Below the pieces are notes generated by a model. It was given only the letters and a program-made list of their open reading frames with translations. It ran no database searches and had not been told where the DNA came from. Both the position numbers and the translations under genes were made by a program. A stretch of DNA of 44,570 bases from Candidatus Micrarchaeota archaeon (GTDB taxonomy: Archaea > Micrarchaeota > Micrarchaeia > CABMEP01), in the NCBI GenBank assembly GCA_026413625.1, contig JAOAKO010000005.1, positions 1 to 44,570 on the forward strand. Reading direction: 5' to 3'. Position 1 is the stretch's first letter. Every line of letters begins with the position of its first letter. This document shows positions 1 through 9,086 of this stretch, piece after piece.

Positions 1-535
1 AGCTGGAAGAGAGGTAGATGCCATCGCCGTTGTTGTTGTAAGCTGTGATGTTGGAGAGGGAGTTGGAATTGGAGTCGGATTGTATGGCGATGCCCCGCCC
101 GTTGTTGTAAGTGGTGATGTTGGAGAGGGAGTTGGAGGAGCCGGAAACGTGAAAGATGCCCAGCCCGTTGTTGTAAGTGGTGATGTTGGAGAGGGAGTTG
201 GAGGAGCTGGAGTAGAGGTAGATGCCATAATTCCAAGAATTATTGCTTTCTCCTTCTATTATGCAATTCTTTATGGTTACTCCTGATCTTCCGCTTAAGT
301 CAATGCCATTTCCGCTACCTGTGTGAGTGATCGTGTAACCGTCGCAGTCTAGCACGATGTTATTTGCTCCGATGTAAAGGGCTGTGCCGCTGCAGGTGAG
401 GTCGCTTGTTAGGGTTGTGTCTGTTGTGATTGTATCTCCGCAAGATACTGCGAAAGAGAACGTTAACGTAAATAATAGGAACACGAAAAATAGCTTAAAA
501 TTTTTCAACGGATACCAAAATCTTGTTTTCTTCAT
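1..535 (-). CDS. Secreted/surface right-handed parallel beta-helix (PbH1/NosD-like) protein, N-terminal part; runs off the left edge
   Basis: Not in the ORF track. Translated by hand from ATG at 535 (GGTGA RBS upstream): MKKTRFWYPLKNFKLFFVFLLFTLTFSFA (signal peptide), then VSCGDTITTDTTLTSDLTCSGTALYIGANNIVLDCDGYTI..., then GIxLxSSSxNSLSNITxYNN repeats. No stop before position 1. Confidence 0.9.
   Translation of the reverse strand, partial: MKKTRFWYPLKNFKLFFVFLLFTLTFSFAVSCGDTITTDTTLTSDLTCSGTALYIGANNIVLDCDGYTITHTGSGNGIDLSGRSGVTIKNCIIEGESNNSWNYGIYLYSSSSNSLSNITTYNNGLGIFHVSGSSNSLSNITTYNNGRGIAIQSDSNSNSLSNITAYNNNGDGIYLSSS
17..226. repeat. Coding tandem repeat with a unit of about 66-72 bp (22-24 aa beta-helix rungs)
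   Basis: Copies at 89-141 and 155-207 are identical at 52 of 53 nt. A third, more diverged copy lies at about 17-67. Short variable segments separate the copies. Confidence 0.92.
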
Positions 536-544
536 CGTCTCACC

Positions 545-1930
545 CTAACTCCAGACCCAAGGAACTAAATTCAATATAAGCGCAAATAGTACAGTGTAAG
601 AAATTATATCAACAATTCTTTTGTTCTTCATTGAATCCTGAAGTATTCTATGGCCGTCAAATGCCTGAACAGGAAGAAGATTGATCACTCCTACAAAGAA
701 ATTGAGCACTGTTAGAAGTGCAAACACCAGGTACAGAGATCTTATCCACCAAAATTCCTCTTTGATCTCAGGAGAGACTATAATGCCTAATGTTCCGTCT
801 TCCCCTGTTTTAACATCAAAGGTACCTTTGCTTGTCTCCAAGACGGCTGAAGAATTCGGTTTCAAAGTTTTCTTAGCCATGTTAAAATCAGTTAATGAAT
901 TGATTTCCACTCCGTTTATGGAATATAATTGTGTTCCCGGCGTAACGTTTAATTCAGCTATGTTCTTGCTAAAACCGATTATTGCAACTTTATCTGAATA
1001 AAAGCCAGGCAGTGCAAAAAGCAAAATCAAAGTCGGAATAAAGAATATTATGGTGGCTACTATGTTCGATGCTGCGCCTGCAGCTGCAACTCTCAATTTA
1101 TGCTTGGCCTGCCTTTTTAAAAGGTCATTCTCATTTATATCCACAAAAGCCCCTACGGGAATAAAACCGAATAGCAAAAGTCCGGACGACTTAATCTTTA
1201 CTCTTGAACGAATAGCTTCAATCCCGTGGGCTCCCTCATGTATCACCAATAAAAGAACCAATGCAATCGCACCTTCTAAAAGAGGAATTGTTATTCCTGG
1301 GATTATAAATGAAACTCCCGGGGTAGAATCTATCTTTTGCGCGACTCCGAATGCAAACAAAAAAACAGAATATAAAACCGAAACTGCTTTGCTTAACAAT
1401 CCGAGGGCTACAAAACCTGCGAACCCGATTAAGATAAGAACTAAAAGAGACGCGATAGCAATTTCATTTGAGCTTGACTGTGGCACATCTGTCTGGGGCA
1501 GCTCGATTGCGGACAAAGCAATGACAGTTATAAATGGGGAAACAAATAGAGAGAATAATAATAGTATAGCAAGTGAAATAATTACTGTCTTTTTTTCTAT
1601 ATGCGGAAACAATCTTAGGCTTGAAACCCCAAATCCGAAAACAAGTCCGAAATCGGATACCTGATCCATCCATTTTCCGAAAACCCTATTGGCCCAATTT
1701 ATGAAGTCCAATCCTTCTTTGATTTTTAGCATTAGAAAGCCGCTCCATCCGTCTGCTTTTGTAATGCTCCTTATTATTAATCCTGTTACTAACAGGAGGG
1801 CGATTGAAATGATTCCTTTTAGAAAGCCTGAGGCATCGCTCGTAAGGATTAATATGAATAAAAGAAAGGAAACTATTACCGTGGCTGCAAGCTTGCATGA
1901 TTCCATTCCGCATAAATCTGTCAATCTCAT
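545..1930 (-). CDS. Site-2 protease (M50 metalloprotease) with PDZ-like insert
   Basis: HEGAH zinc motif in a hydrophobic segment, GAFV, NLLPVQAFDG motif, multiple TM helices, PDZ-like segment (PGTQLYSINGVEI). Confidence 0.92.
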   Translation of the reverse strand: MRLTDLCGMESCKLAATVIVSFLLFILILTSDASGFLKGIISIALLLVTGLIIRSITKADGWSGFLMLKIKEGLDFINWANRVFGKWMDQVSDFGLVFGFGVSSLRLFPHIEKKTVIISLAILLLFSLFVSPFITVIALSAIELPQTDVPQSSSNEIAIASLLVLILIGFAGFVALGLLSKAVSVLYSVFLFAFGVAQKIDSTPGVSFIIPGITIPLLEGAIALVLLLVIHEGAHGIEAIRSRVKIKSSGLLLFGFIPVGAFVDINENDLLKRQAKHKLRVAAAGAASNIVATIIFFIPTLILLFALPGFYSDKVAIIGFSKNIAELNVTPGTQLYSINGVEINSLTDFNMAKKTLKPNSSAVLETSKGTFDVKTGEDGTLGIIVSPEIKEEFWWIRSLYLVFALLTVLNFFVGVINLLPVQAFDGHRILQDSMKNKRIVDIISYTVLFALILNLVPWVWS

Positions 1931-1999
1931 GAATAATATTTTATACTTAAATTTATAAAAACTACTTACGAAAAATAAATTAGCAGATAAGGTGTAATC

Positions 2000-2458
2000 A
2001 TGGATTGCGAATTGTGCGGAAGGCCTAATGCAAATTTAATTGCTTCAATTGAAGGAGTAAGGATGAATGTCTGCGAAAGATGCTCAAAGCATGGAAAGGT
2101 ATTGGCCATGATAAAGGAAGAAAACGAAAAATCCGCAAGGCCCGCAAAGGTTGAAAAGAGCGAAGTCGAGCTGGAAGTTGTTGACAACTTTGCCGAGATC
2201 ATTAGGAAAGAAAGGGAAAAAAGAGGATTGACGCTTAAGCAATTTGCTGCTGCGATAGCAGAAAAGGAATCGTATATAGACAGGATAGAAAGGGATGAAA
2301 CGATTCCGGATGAGAAAGTTGCGAGAAAGATTGAAAAATTCTTTAACATAAAACTTTTAGAAGAAGTGGTTGTATCAAAAGATGAAAAGAGCATAGAAAG
2401 TGATGAGGAGATAACGCTTGGGGATGTAATAGAAATCAAAAAGAAAGGAAAAAAATGA
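2000..2458 (+). CDS. mbf1: Archaeal multiprotein bridging factor 1 (Zn ribbon + HTH)
   Basis: CELCG...CERC zinc ribbon, Cro-type HTH, C-terminal TLGD motif. Confidence 0.93.
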   Translation: MDCELCGRPNANLIASIEGVRMNVCERCSKHGKVLAMIKEENEKSARPAKVEKSEVELEVVDNFAEIIRKEREKRGLTLKQFAAAIAEKESYIDRIERDETIPDEKVARKIEKFFNIKLLEEVVVSKDEKSIESDEEITLGDVIEIKKKGKK

Positions 2459-2473
2459 AATAAAGTTGGTTTT

Positions 2474-3514
2474 ATGGGAGTTGATATCGGGAACGTGCTA
2501 ATCAAGCGGCCTATAAAATTGGAGAGTCTTGAGGGCAGAAGAATAGCAATTGATTCATACAACATGATATATCAATTCTTAACCACAATAAGGCAAAAGG
2601 ACGGAACGCCGTTAATGGACAGTAAAGGAAGGGTAACGAGCCATCTGTCTGGTTTATTGTATAGGGTGTCAAAGCTTCTTGAAATGAACATCCAGCCTAT
2701 TTTTATATTTGATGGCGAACCTCCAAAATTTAAGATAAAAACAATAGAGAAACGGCAGGAAATAAAGGCTCAGGCACAAAGAAGACTGGAGGAGGCAATC
2801 GCAAGGGGAGAAACGGAATTAAAGACTTATGCTCAGGCAACGGTAAAAATGACAGAGGAGATAGTAGAAGAGTCAAAGAAAATGCTTGAGCTGATGGGGG
2901 TTCCGGTTGTGATGGCGCCAAGCGAAGGAGAGGCTGAGGCCGCAAGGCTGGTAAGCGAAGGAATGGCTTATGCCGTAGGCTCTCAGGATTACGACTCGCT
3001 ACTTTTCGGAGCAAATAGGCTTGTCAGAAACATAACATTAAGCGGAAGGCGAAAGCTCCCGGGAAAGGGTGTTTGGGTTGAAGTTGAGCCGGAACTAATA
3101 GACGCAAATGAGTCCTTTTCTGCAATTGGGATGACGCGCAATCAGATGATATGGGCTGCAATGATGATTGGGACAGATTATTTTGAAGGTATAAAGGGCA
3201 TAGGGCCAAAAAAAGGCGTTGCTATAGCAAAGGAGTCGTCATCGCTTAAAGAATGCTTTGAGAAGGCCAAGGCCTCCGAAATATATGAAGAAAACAAAGT
3301 TGAGCTAGAGGAGATAGAGCGATTTTTCTTGAATCCGCCTAAGCCGAAGCAAGAACCTTCAATTCAGTTTAGAGATCCGAAAAAAGATGAGATAATAGAC
3401 TTCCTATGCGGAGAGCATGAGTTCATGATAGAAAGGGTGGAGGGCGCGCTTGACAGAATAATGAAAAAAGAAGAAGGAAAAAGCCAGACCAAGCTTGACA
3501 GCTGGTTCAGCTAA
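2474..3514 (+). CDS. fen: Flap endonuclease 1
   Basis: MGV start, YQFLTTIRQKDG, FDG, SEGEA, SQDYD, GTDY, C-terminal PIP box QTKLDSWF. Confidence 0.97.
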   Translation: MGVDIGNVLIKRPIKLESLEGRRIAIDSYNMIYQFLTTIRQKDGTPLMDSKGRVTSHLSGLLYRVSKLLEMNIQPIFIFDGEPPKFKIKTIEKRQEIKAQAQRRLEEAIARGETELKTYAQATVKMTEEIVEESKKMLELMGVPVVMAPSEGEAEAARLVSEGMAYAVGSQDYDSLLFGANRLVRNITLSGRRKLPGKGVWVEVEPELIDANESFSAIGMTRNQMIWAAMMIGTDYFEGIKGIGPKKGVAIAKESSSLKECFEKAKASEIYEENKVELEEIERFFLNPPKPKQEPSIQFRDPKKDEIIDFLCGEHEFMIERVEGALDRIMKKEEGKSQTKLDSWFS

Positions 3515-3539
3515 CGGCAAATTTCCTATTTTTGCTTGC

Positions 3540-3752
3540 TCATTTGAACTTCTTACCTGAATAGTATCTTTTATACAACTTCATTATTTCTTCATGGGCA
3601 GGATTAAGGAAGTCCTCTCTTTTTATTTTACTCCTTTTTTCGATTTTATCCAATCTTTTTGGAGAGAATTTCACGATTCTTCCGATGTCTCTCTTATCTT
3701 CGCTTGAAATAATTATTCCAAGCACTTCTTTTCTCTTTCTTTTTTTCATCAT
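3540..3752 (-). CDS. Small basic hypothetical protein
   Basis: 70-aa K/R-rich ORF filling an intergenic gap, GTGGT RBS-like motif; no family recognised. Confidence 0.55.
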   Translation of the reverse strand: MMKKRKRKEVLGIIISSEDKRDIGRIVKFSPKRLDKIEKRSKIKREDFLNPAHEEIMKLYKRYYSGKKFK

Positions 3753-3785
3753 TTTACCACTCTTTTTATATAAAATTTAATATTC

Positions 3786-4907
3786 TTAATAGCTCAACTT
3801 CTTTGCAAGATCTACTAAAAGATTGTATATTTTAACGTCGTCATCTGTAACGCTTAAGTAATAGATATCTGGTTTTAATTCATCGATAATTTCATGGAAA
3901 GACGAAAGAACATAGTCTTCGAGATTAAAATCCTTCTTTGCAACTCCGAAACATGCGAAGCATGCGCACTCTCGTATCCTAACGCTCCTATTCCTGTCCT
4001 TTATCAGCGGTATTAAGTATTCAAGAATTTTGCTCTTGCATGCGGACAGGAGACTTATGCATTTATTTGTAAATTCAAAGTCATCGTTCGCTTCCAATTC
4101 GCTGAGGATTATTGTAAACAGTTCCTCTATTTTTTCTTTATTAACTGAATCCGCGTACTCTTCGAGAGACATAACTGCATTCTTTTTTATATCCAGGCTT
4201 TCATTCTTGTCTTTCAAAATGTTTATCAAAACGTTGATTGAATTTTTGCTGTATTCGGACGCCTTCGCTATAAAAGATATGGCCTGGTTTCTGATTTTTT
4301 GGCTGTTTTTTGAATTTTTAGCAATCTCATTGATTGTCGGGAGAAGGATCAAGCCTGCATCTCCCAGTCTTTCTGAAGAAAGTATGACTGAATAAATCAC
4401 TTCGCTGTTTTTTTCGTGAGTCAGAAGATATTGGAAAACAGATGCTGCCCTGTTCTTTTCTTCATAGTCAAGGCCGACCACTATTTTTGAGACTAGAAGA
4501 ACCGCGTCCATCTTTAGTATCACTTTCCTGCTCTCCATCTTATCCCGTATCTCGTTATCCTTAATCTTTTCAGGTATTTCTTTCCGCTTGAACCCCAATG
4601 TTTTCCCGCAGATATAAGTTAAAACGTTTTCGTCCAATAGAATTCCGTACAAAGTAGGCAGCGCAAGTCTTCCGGTCGATTTTATTTTGTCGAATGCGCC
4701 GTGCCTTATCTCGGGGCTGTGATCGAACATCTCAACTAATGAATGAACCACTCTGTCATGTGACGAACCTGAAAGTGGACCTTCTATCAGTCCGTTAAAC
4801 TTAGGATTGCATTTGAACGTGTTATCGTCGTTAAATCCGAATTTGTCTTCGTTTAAATCATTTTCACTCCTCATCCTCTTATTGTTCATATCCTTATATT
4901 CTGCCAT
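3786..4907 (-). CDS. HEAT/ARM-like repeat protein
   Basis: Repeated helix-pair signatures (IRHGAFDKI..G..ALPTL, IRNQAISFI, IKKNAVMSL, LIPLIKDRNRSVRIRECA). Start placed at ATG 4907 after GGTGA; the track gives 4925. Confidence 0.7.
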   Translation of the reverse strand: MAEYKDMNNKRMRSENDLNEDKFGFNDDNTFKCNPKFNGLIEGPLSGSSHDRVVHSLVEMFDHSPEIRHGAFDKIKSTGRLALPTLYGILLDENVLTYICGKTLGFKRKEIPEKIKDNEIRDKMESRKVILKMDAVLLVSKIVVGLDYEEKNRAASVFQYLLTHEKNSEVIYSVILSSERLGDAGLILLPTINEIAKNSKNSQKIRNQAISFIAKASEYSKNSINVLINILKDKNESLDIKKNAVMSLEEYADSVNKEKIEELFTIILSELEANDDFEFTNKCISLLSACKSKILEYLIPLIKDRNRSVRIRECACFACFGVAKKDFNLEDYVLSSFHEIIDELKPDIYYLSVTDDDVKIYNLLVDLAKKLSY

Positions 4908-4911
4908 GTGT

Positions 4912-5952
4912 TCACCCGTTATCAAACGAATTGCCTTTAGTTATCTTAAAATTGAACGTGAGTTGATTCGGATCCTTGCAATTAGTAACTTCTTCTTCAT
5001 CTTTGCCTTTAATTACGCTTATCAGGTTTGCTATGTTTTTATCGGTTTTATGCAGCGATATGGCACTCAGCAGATCGCCAATAAATCTGCTGACCTCGTG
5101 CGGCTTTCCTTTTTTCAGATTGCCTTCCGAGAGGGCGGATTGGTATTTAACATAACTCTTTATGAAATAAACAATGTCGCTAGAGTCGCTTATCATTCCA
5201 GAATATGCTGCATTGCCTAGGAAATTAAGAAAATCGTATCTGATGGCCTGCATCTTAGGAGAACTTAAAACATGTTCCATATCTAAAACCAATCTTGCTC
5301 TTGAATAGTTCATCTTGACCAAATCGATTATCATAAGCCTCTCGTTTGCTTTCTTCAGCAAAAAATTCTTCAGCTTAGGATCGTTGTGCGTGTAGCCGTT
5401 ATAATGGATAAGCGCAAGCAATTCTGCAGACGCCCTTATATAGTTCATTCTGTCTTCCTTTATAAGATTCCTAAACTCGATCGCGGAAAGAGGGATTACG
5501 TCTGTTTCCAATTTTGTAAAGAGAAAACTTGAAGCCGGAGAGTCTGAATTTTTATCTATAATATAACCGATTGGATACAGGGTCATTCCTTGTGACAGCG
5601 AATGGAGACTGATGTAGTTGTTAAATTCCTTTTCTATTCTTTCCTTTGTGCCGGACTTGAGAACGTATTTAAGCTTTTTAACTTTACAATCCGGACAAAT
5701 CACTTCCGCATGCTGAACTATGTTCATTGTCTTCGGAGCCAAAGATATGTGGCCCTTAAAATTATGCTGGCCGTCAAGAAACTGTTTATAATGGTCGCTT
5801 TTGATAATAAATCTGGTATTTGCATCCTCAACCTTTACATACTGCCCCAATGGAGGCATTAGTATGTGCTCTTTCTTCGGTTCTCTTATGGAAAATAGGT
5901 ATGGATTATAACCTATTGGCTCTATTCTAATATTATACTCTTTCCTGTTCAT
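4912..5952 (-). CDS. Atypical protein-kinase-like fold protein (Kdo/Bud32/RIO-like superfamily)
   Basis: YVLK (ATP lysine), EKEF (alpha-C Glu), HNDPKLKNFL catalytic loop, IIDL (DFG equivalent). Start uncertain (5952 or 6015). Confidence 0.8.
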   Translation of the reverse strand: MNRKEYNIRIEPIGYNPYLFSIREPKKEHILMPPLGQYVKVEDANTRFIIKSDHYKQFLDGQHNFKGHISLAPKTMNIVQHAEVICPDCKVKKLKYVLKSGTKERIEKEFNNYISLHSLSQGMTLYPIGYIIDKNSDSPASSFLFTKLETDVIPLSAIEFRNLIKEDRMNYIRASAELLALIHYNGYTHNDPKLKNFLLKKANERLMIIDLVKMNYSRARLVLDMEHVLSSPKMQAIRYDFLNFLGNAAYSGMISDSSDIVYFIKSYVKYQSALSEGNLKKGKPHEVSRFIGDLLSAISLHKTDKNIANLISVIKGKDEEEVTNCKDPNQLTFNFKITKGNSFDNG

Positions 5953-6039
5953 GTTAAAGAGAAAACAAATGAAATATATAAATCTTTCCAATTGAGATTT
6001 TGCACGTTTTGGCATGATTTTTTGTTGCCTTGATTGCGC

Positions 6040-7227
6040 TTACAACTCAAAAACCCTGCCTTTAATGAATTCGTTTGTCAGCTCAGGTATTGAGTCTAAG
6101 TGCTCATTAAAGACAGATTTTATTTTATATTCATTTTTCTTGATTTTTTCTTCATCCCAAACGACATCCGCTATTGCAGCGGCCGGCTTATTAATTGGAT
6201 GGCCTATTTTTGATTGAAGATAAACGTTGCACTCCTGCGCTCCGAGTTCGCAGATGTCGTTAGCTATTCTGTTCGCAACTACGGAATATATTTTTCCAAT
6301 ATGGCTTACCGGATTCTTTCCTGCAACCGCTTCCATAGTCATTATTCTCATAGGCGAAATTAGACCGTTAGCCCTGTTTCCTCTCCCTGCGCTTCCGTCG
6401 TCTCCCATTTCGCAGCTCAATCCAGTAAGGGTAAGATAAACATTGTCTCCCTTGTCGGCTGTGTTAACGTTGACTATAATCTCGTATTCGCTTCCGGCGA
6501 TTCTTTCAGCGATTTTTTTTGCATTATCCCTGAGCCTTTCCTTCTTAGAAATATAGTCTTCAAGCGATTTGATATGTTTCGATACAAACGCAGCTGCGAT
6601 TGTTAGCTCGATTGTATCTCTTCCGCCTGCTCTGCTTCTGCATCCCATGATCTTGATGTCCTCCCCAACTTCCGGATATTTTGCCTTAAACGAACTTGAA
6701 TTTAACTCCTTTTCGGTGTTTAATACTGTTCTTTCAAGCACGGAAAGAGGGGCATAGCCAACGCAAATGGAGGTATCGTTTGACCTTGGCATTTTTGGGC
6801 CTACTAAAGAGGTCAAAGACCTTGACCCCTGCGAAATTTTTGACTCGACCACATAGTCGTATTCTCCAAGGTTTCTTGCAACCTTTTTCAAGTAGGCGTG
6901 CGTAGCCTTGATCGCTATTTGAGTGACCGGAATAATTGTGGATCCTATCTGAGATGTTGCCCTGCCGCTCAGGGTTATTTCAATCGGCTTCAAAAAATGG
7001 CCCCCTCCGAATTCAACATGCGTTGCCCCGCCGGTTATCATCGCCTTGTCTACATTGTGATGCAGGATCTTACCGAAATAGTCAAGGTATTCTATTGAAA
7101 GTTGCCTGCTTATCTCTTCTATTATTCCGTCAGTGAGCGTATCGGGATGACCTAAACCTTTTCTTTCGACAATTTCAAAATTTCTTAAATCTATTGGAAT
7201 GGCATTTAGCCGATTTATTCCAATCAT
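6040..7227 (-). CDS. mat: Archaeal-type S-adenosylmethionine synthetase
   Basis: EIVERKGLGHPD, HHNVDK, NDTS, GEDIKIMG, GDDGSAGRGNR, GKNPVSHIGKIY. Confidence 0.96.
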   Translation of the reverse strand: MIGINRLNAIPIDLRNFEIVERKGLGHPDTLTDGIIEEISRQLSIEYLDYFGKILHHNVDKAMITGGATHVEFGGGHFLKPIEITLSGRATSQIGSTIIPVTQIAIKATHAYLKKVARNLGEYDYVVESKISQGSRSLTSLVGPKMPRSNDTSICVGYAPLSVLERTVLNTEKELNSSSFKAKYPEVGEDIKIMGCRSRAGGRDTIELTIAAAFVSKHIKSLEDYISKKERLRDNAKKIAERIAGSEYEIIVNVNTADKGDNVYLTLTGLSCEMGDDGSAGRGNRANGLISPMRIMTMEAVAGKNPVSHIGKIYSVVANRIANDICELGAQECNVYLQSKIGHPINKPAAAIADVVWDEEKIKKNEYKIKSVFNEHLDSIPELTNEFIKGRVFEL

Positions 7228-7258
7228 GTAATCACCATAACGAAATAATTATTGGAAA

Positions 7259-9010
7259 CTAAAATCCTAGAGAGGCCTGGAATGTCAGATAGAGTATATA
7301 AACCACTCCAGCTATAAGAAAAGGCGCTATGTAATCTTGATAAATGGCGGATTTTCTCCACAACCAAAGCAAAAATTTGTTGTGAGGCTTGTTTCTGCTC
7401 TCTATCAGGTCTATCAGCTCTTTGAAATACTCTCTTTCTCCGGGAGGCATCTTCGGCTCTTTCACTCTCTTAATTTCCTTTCCGTCGACAGTTTCAACCT
7501 CTTCTTGCTTTCCAATCTCTTTCTTTGCGCTTTCGTACCAGGGCGGAAGAGAGGACTTTTTACCTTTCGGTTTTTTAGCCGCCAAAAGATATTTTATGGG
7601 ATCTGCAGCTAACGGGTCTAGAACCTCAATGTAATCCTTCATGGTAATTTCCCTCTGCTTCCCTGTCTTTAAAGCCTCAATCCAAGGAATCGCTGCCGCG
7701 TCGTCGCTAATCGCCTTGATGTCAGAAGAAGAAAATCCCTCTGTAGCCCTTGCCAATCTGTCCCAATCCACATTCTTTGAAACAGGCCTTCCTTTTGCAT
7801 AATACTGAAACATGGCCTTTCTTGAAGCGTAATCTGGCTCTCCGACATAAATCAGCTTTGAAAATCTTCCAGCTCTTCTTAATGCGGGATCAACATCCCA
7901 TGGCGAGTTTGTTGCTGCAACCACTAGAACATTTTCGTTTCTTGCCTCGACCCCATCCATTTCGTAAAGCAGCTGGTTTACGGCCATTCTCATATACTGG
8001 CCGGATTCCTTCATCTGCTCTCTCCTTCCGCCCAAACCGTCAATTTCATCTATGAATATGATGCATGGCGATGCTTTTCTTGCAGCTTCAAAAATGTTTC
8101 TTATATTCTTTTCAGTGTTACCTACATACATATCCAATACGTCGCTGAGTTTAACGTTAAGAAAGTTTGCGCCTACCTCTCCCGCAGCAGCCTTCATTAT
8201 GAACGTTTTACCGCATCCGGGTGGGCCGTAAAATAGAACTCCTCCTCCTCCGAACTTTCCGTATTTTCTTGCCAAATCTGGATCTTTTAGAGGATAAACG
8301 ATGTATTCCCTAATAAGCTCCTTTACATTATCCATCCCCACTACATCCTTAAATGTAACTTTCGGCTTTGCCATGAATTTAACTGCAGAAACCCCTTCTC
8401 CGCTTGAAGCTTCCTTTTCTGATTTCTTTTTCTGTGCAGCTGCCAGATGTTCCTGAGCCTCTGTAAAATTAGGGTTAATTTCAAGGGCCTTCTGATAGTC
8501 TGCTATCGCCTCGTCATACTTCTCAAGGAACTCGTATGCCAGGCCTCGCGCGTTGTAAGCTTCGACAAAATTCGGATCTAGCTCGATAACTTTTGTAAAG
8601 TTCTCCACTCCGCTTTCGTAATCCTGCATTGATGCATAGGCAAGTCCCCTATTATAGTAAGCTTTAAGATATTCTGGATTGATGCTTATTGCCTTATTGT
8701 AATCTGCAATCGCCCTCTCAAAATCCTGCTTTCTGTAATATGCATCTCCTCTGTTATTATAAATCATCGGATTGTCTGGATCAATCTCTATCGCTTTTGT
8801 GTAGTCATCTATTGCCTTGTCATAATTCTTTTTGTTGTAGTAGCAAAGAGCCCTATTAAAATAGCACTCTAGAAATTTAGGATTAAGTATTATTGCCATA
8901 TTATAGTTCTCAATTGCCCTGTCATAGTCGCCTTGTTCGTAGTAGTAGTTTCCCTTTTCGTAATACGCCTCTGCGTCCAATACCTCTTTTTTCTCGTCAT
9001 CTTCCGCCAT
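7259..9010 (-). CDS. TPR-repeat + single AAA+ ATPase domain protein with C-terminal hydrophobic anchor
   Basis: Five 34-aa TPRs, Walker A GPPGCGKT, pore loop MYVG, Walker B IIFIDE, SRH ATNSPWDVDPALRRAGRF, C-terminal IAPFLIAGVVYILYLTF. Confidence 0.9.
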   Translation of the reverse strand: MAEDDEKKEVLDAEAYYEKGNYYYEQGDYDRAIENYNMAIILNPKFLECYFNRALCYYNKKNYDKAIDDYTKAIEIDPDNPMIYNNRGDAYYRKQDFERAIADYNKAISINPEYLKAYYNRGLAYASMQDYESGVENFTKVIELDPNFVEAYNARGLAYEFLEKYDEAIADYQKALEINPNFTEAQEHLAAAQKKKSEKEASSGEGVSAVKFMAKPKVTFKDVVGMDNVKELIREYIVYPLKDPDLARKYGKFGGGGVLFYGPPGCGKTFIMKAAAGEVGANFLNVKLSDVLDMYVGNTEKNIRNIFEAARKASPCIIFIDEIDGLGGRREQMKESGQYMRMAVNQLLYEMDGVEARNENVLVVAATNSPWDVDPALRRAGRFSKLIYVGEPDYASRKAMFQYYAKGRPVSKNVDWDRLARATEGFSSSDIKAISDDAAAIPWIEALKTGKQREITMKDYIEVLDPLAADPIKYLLAAKKPKGKKSSLPPWYESAKKEIGKQEEVETVDGKEIKRVKEPKMPPGEREYFKELIDLIESRNKPHNKFLLWLWRKSAIYQDYIAPFLIAGVVYILYLTFQASLGF

Positions 9011-9086
9011 AGATTAATATTGAAAAGAAAACTATATAAATTTAGATTAACAATTAGCAATTTATCTTTAATCAAATGGTGAAATA

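Noticed and set aside
17-226. Repeat-spacer pattern as a CRISPR array
   Set aside because: Units are about 53 nt with 13-19 nt gaps, keep the reading frame, encode beta-helix rungs, and no cas genes are present.
80-286. 68-aa plus-strand ORF in the track
   Set aside because: Antisense shadow of the minus-strand beta-helix gene.
1-535. Diversity-generating retroelement acting on the repeats
   Set aside because: No reverse transcriptase in the window, AAC codons are conserved, and the differences are not adenine-specific.
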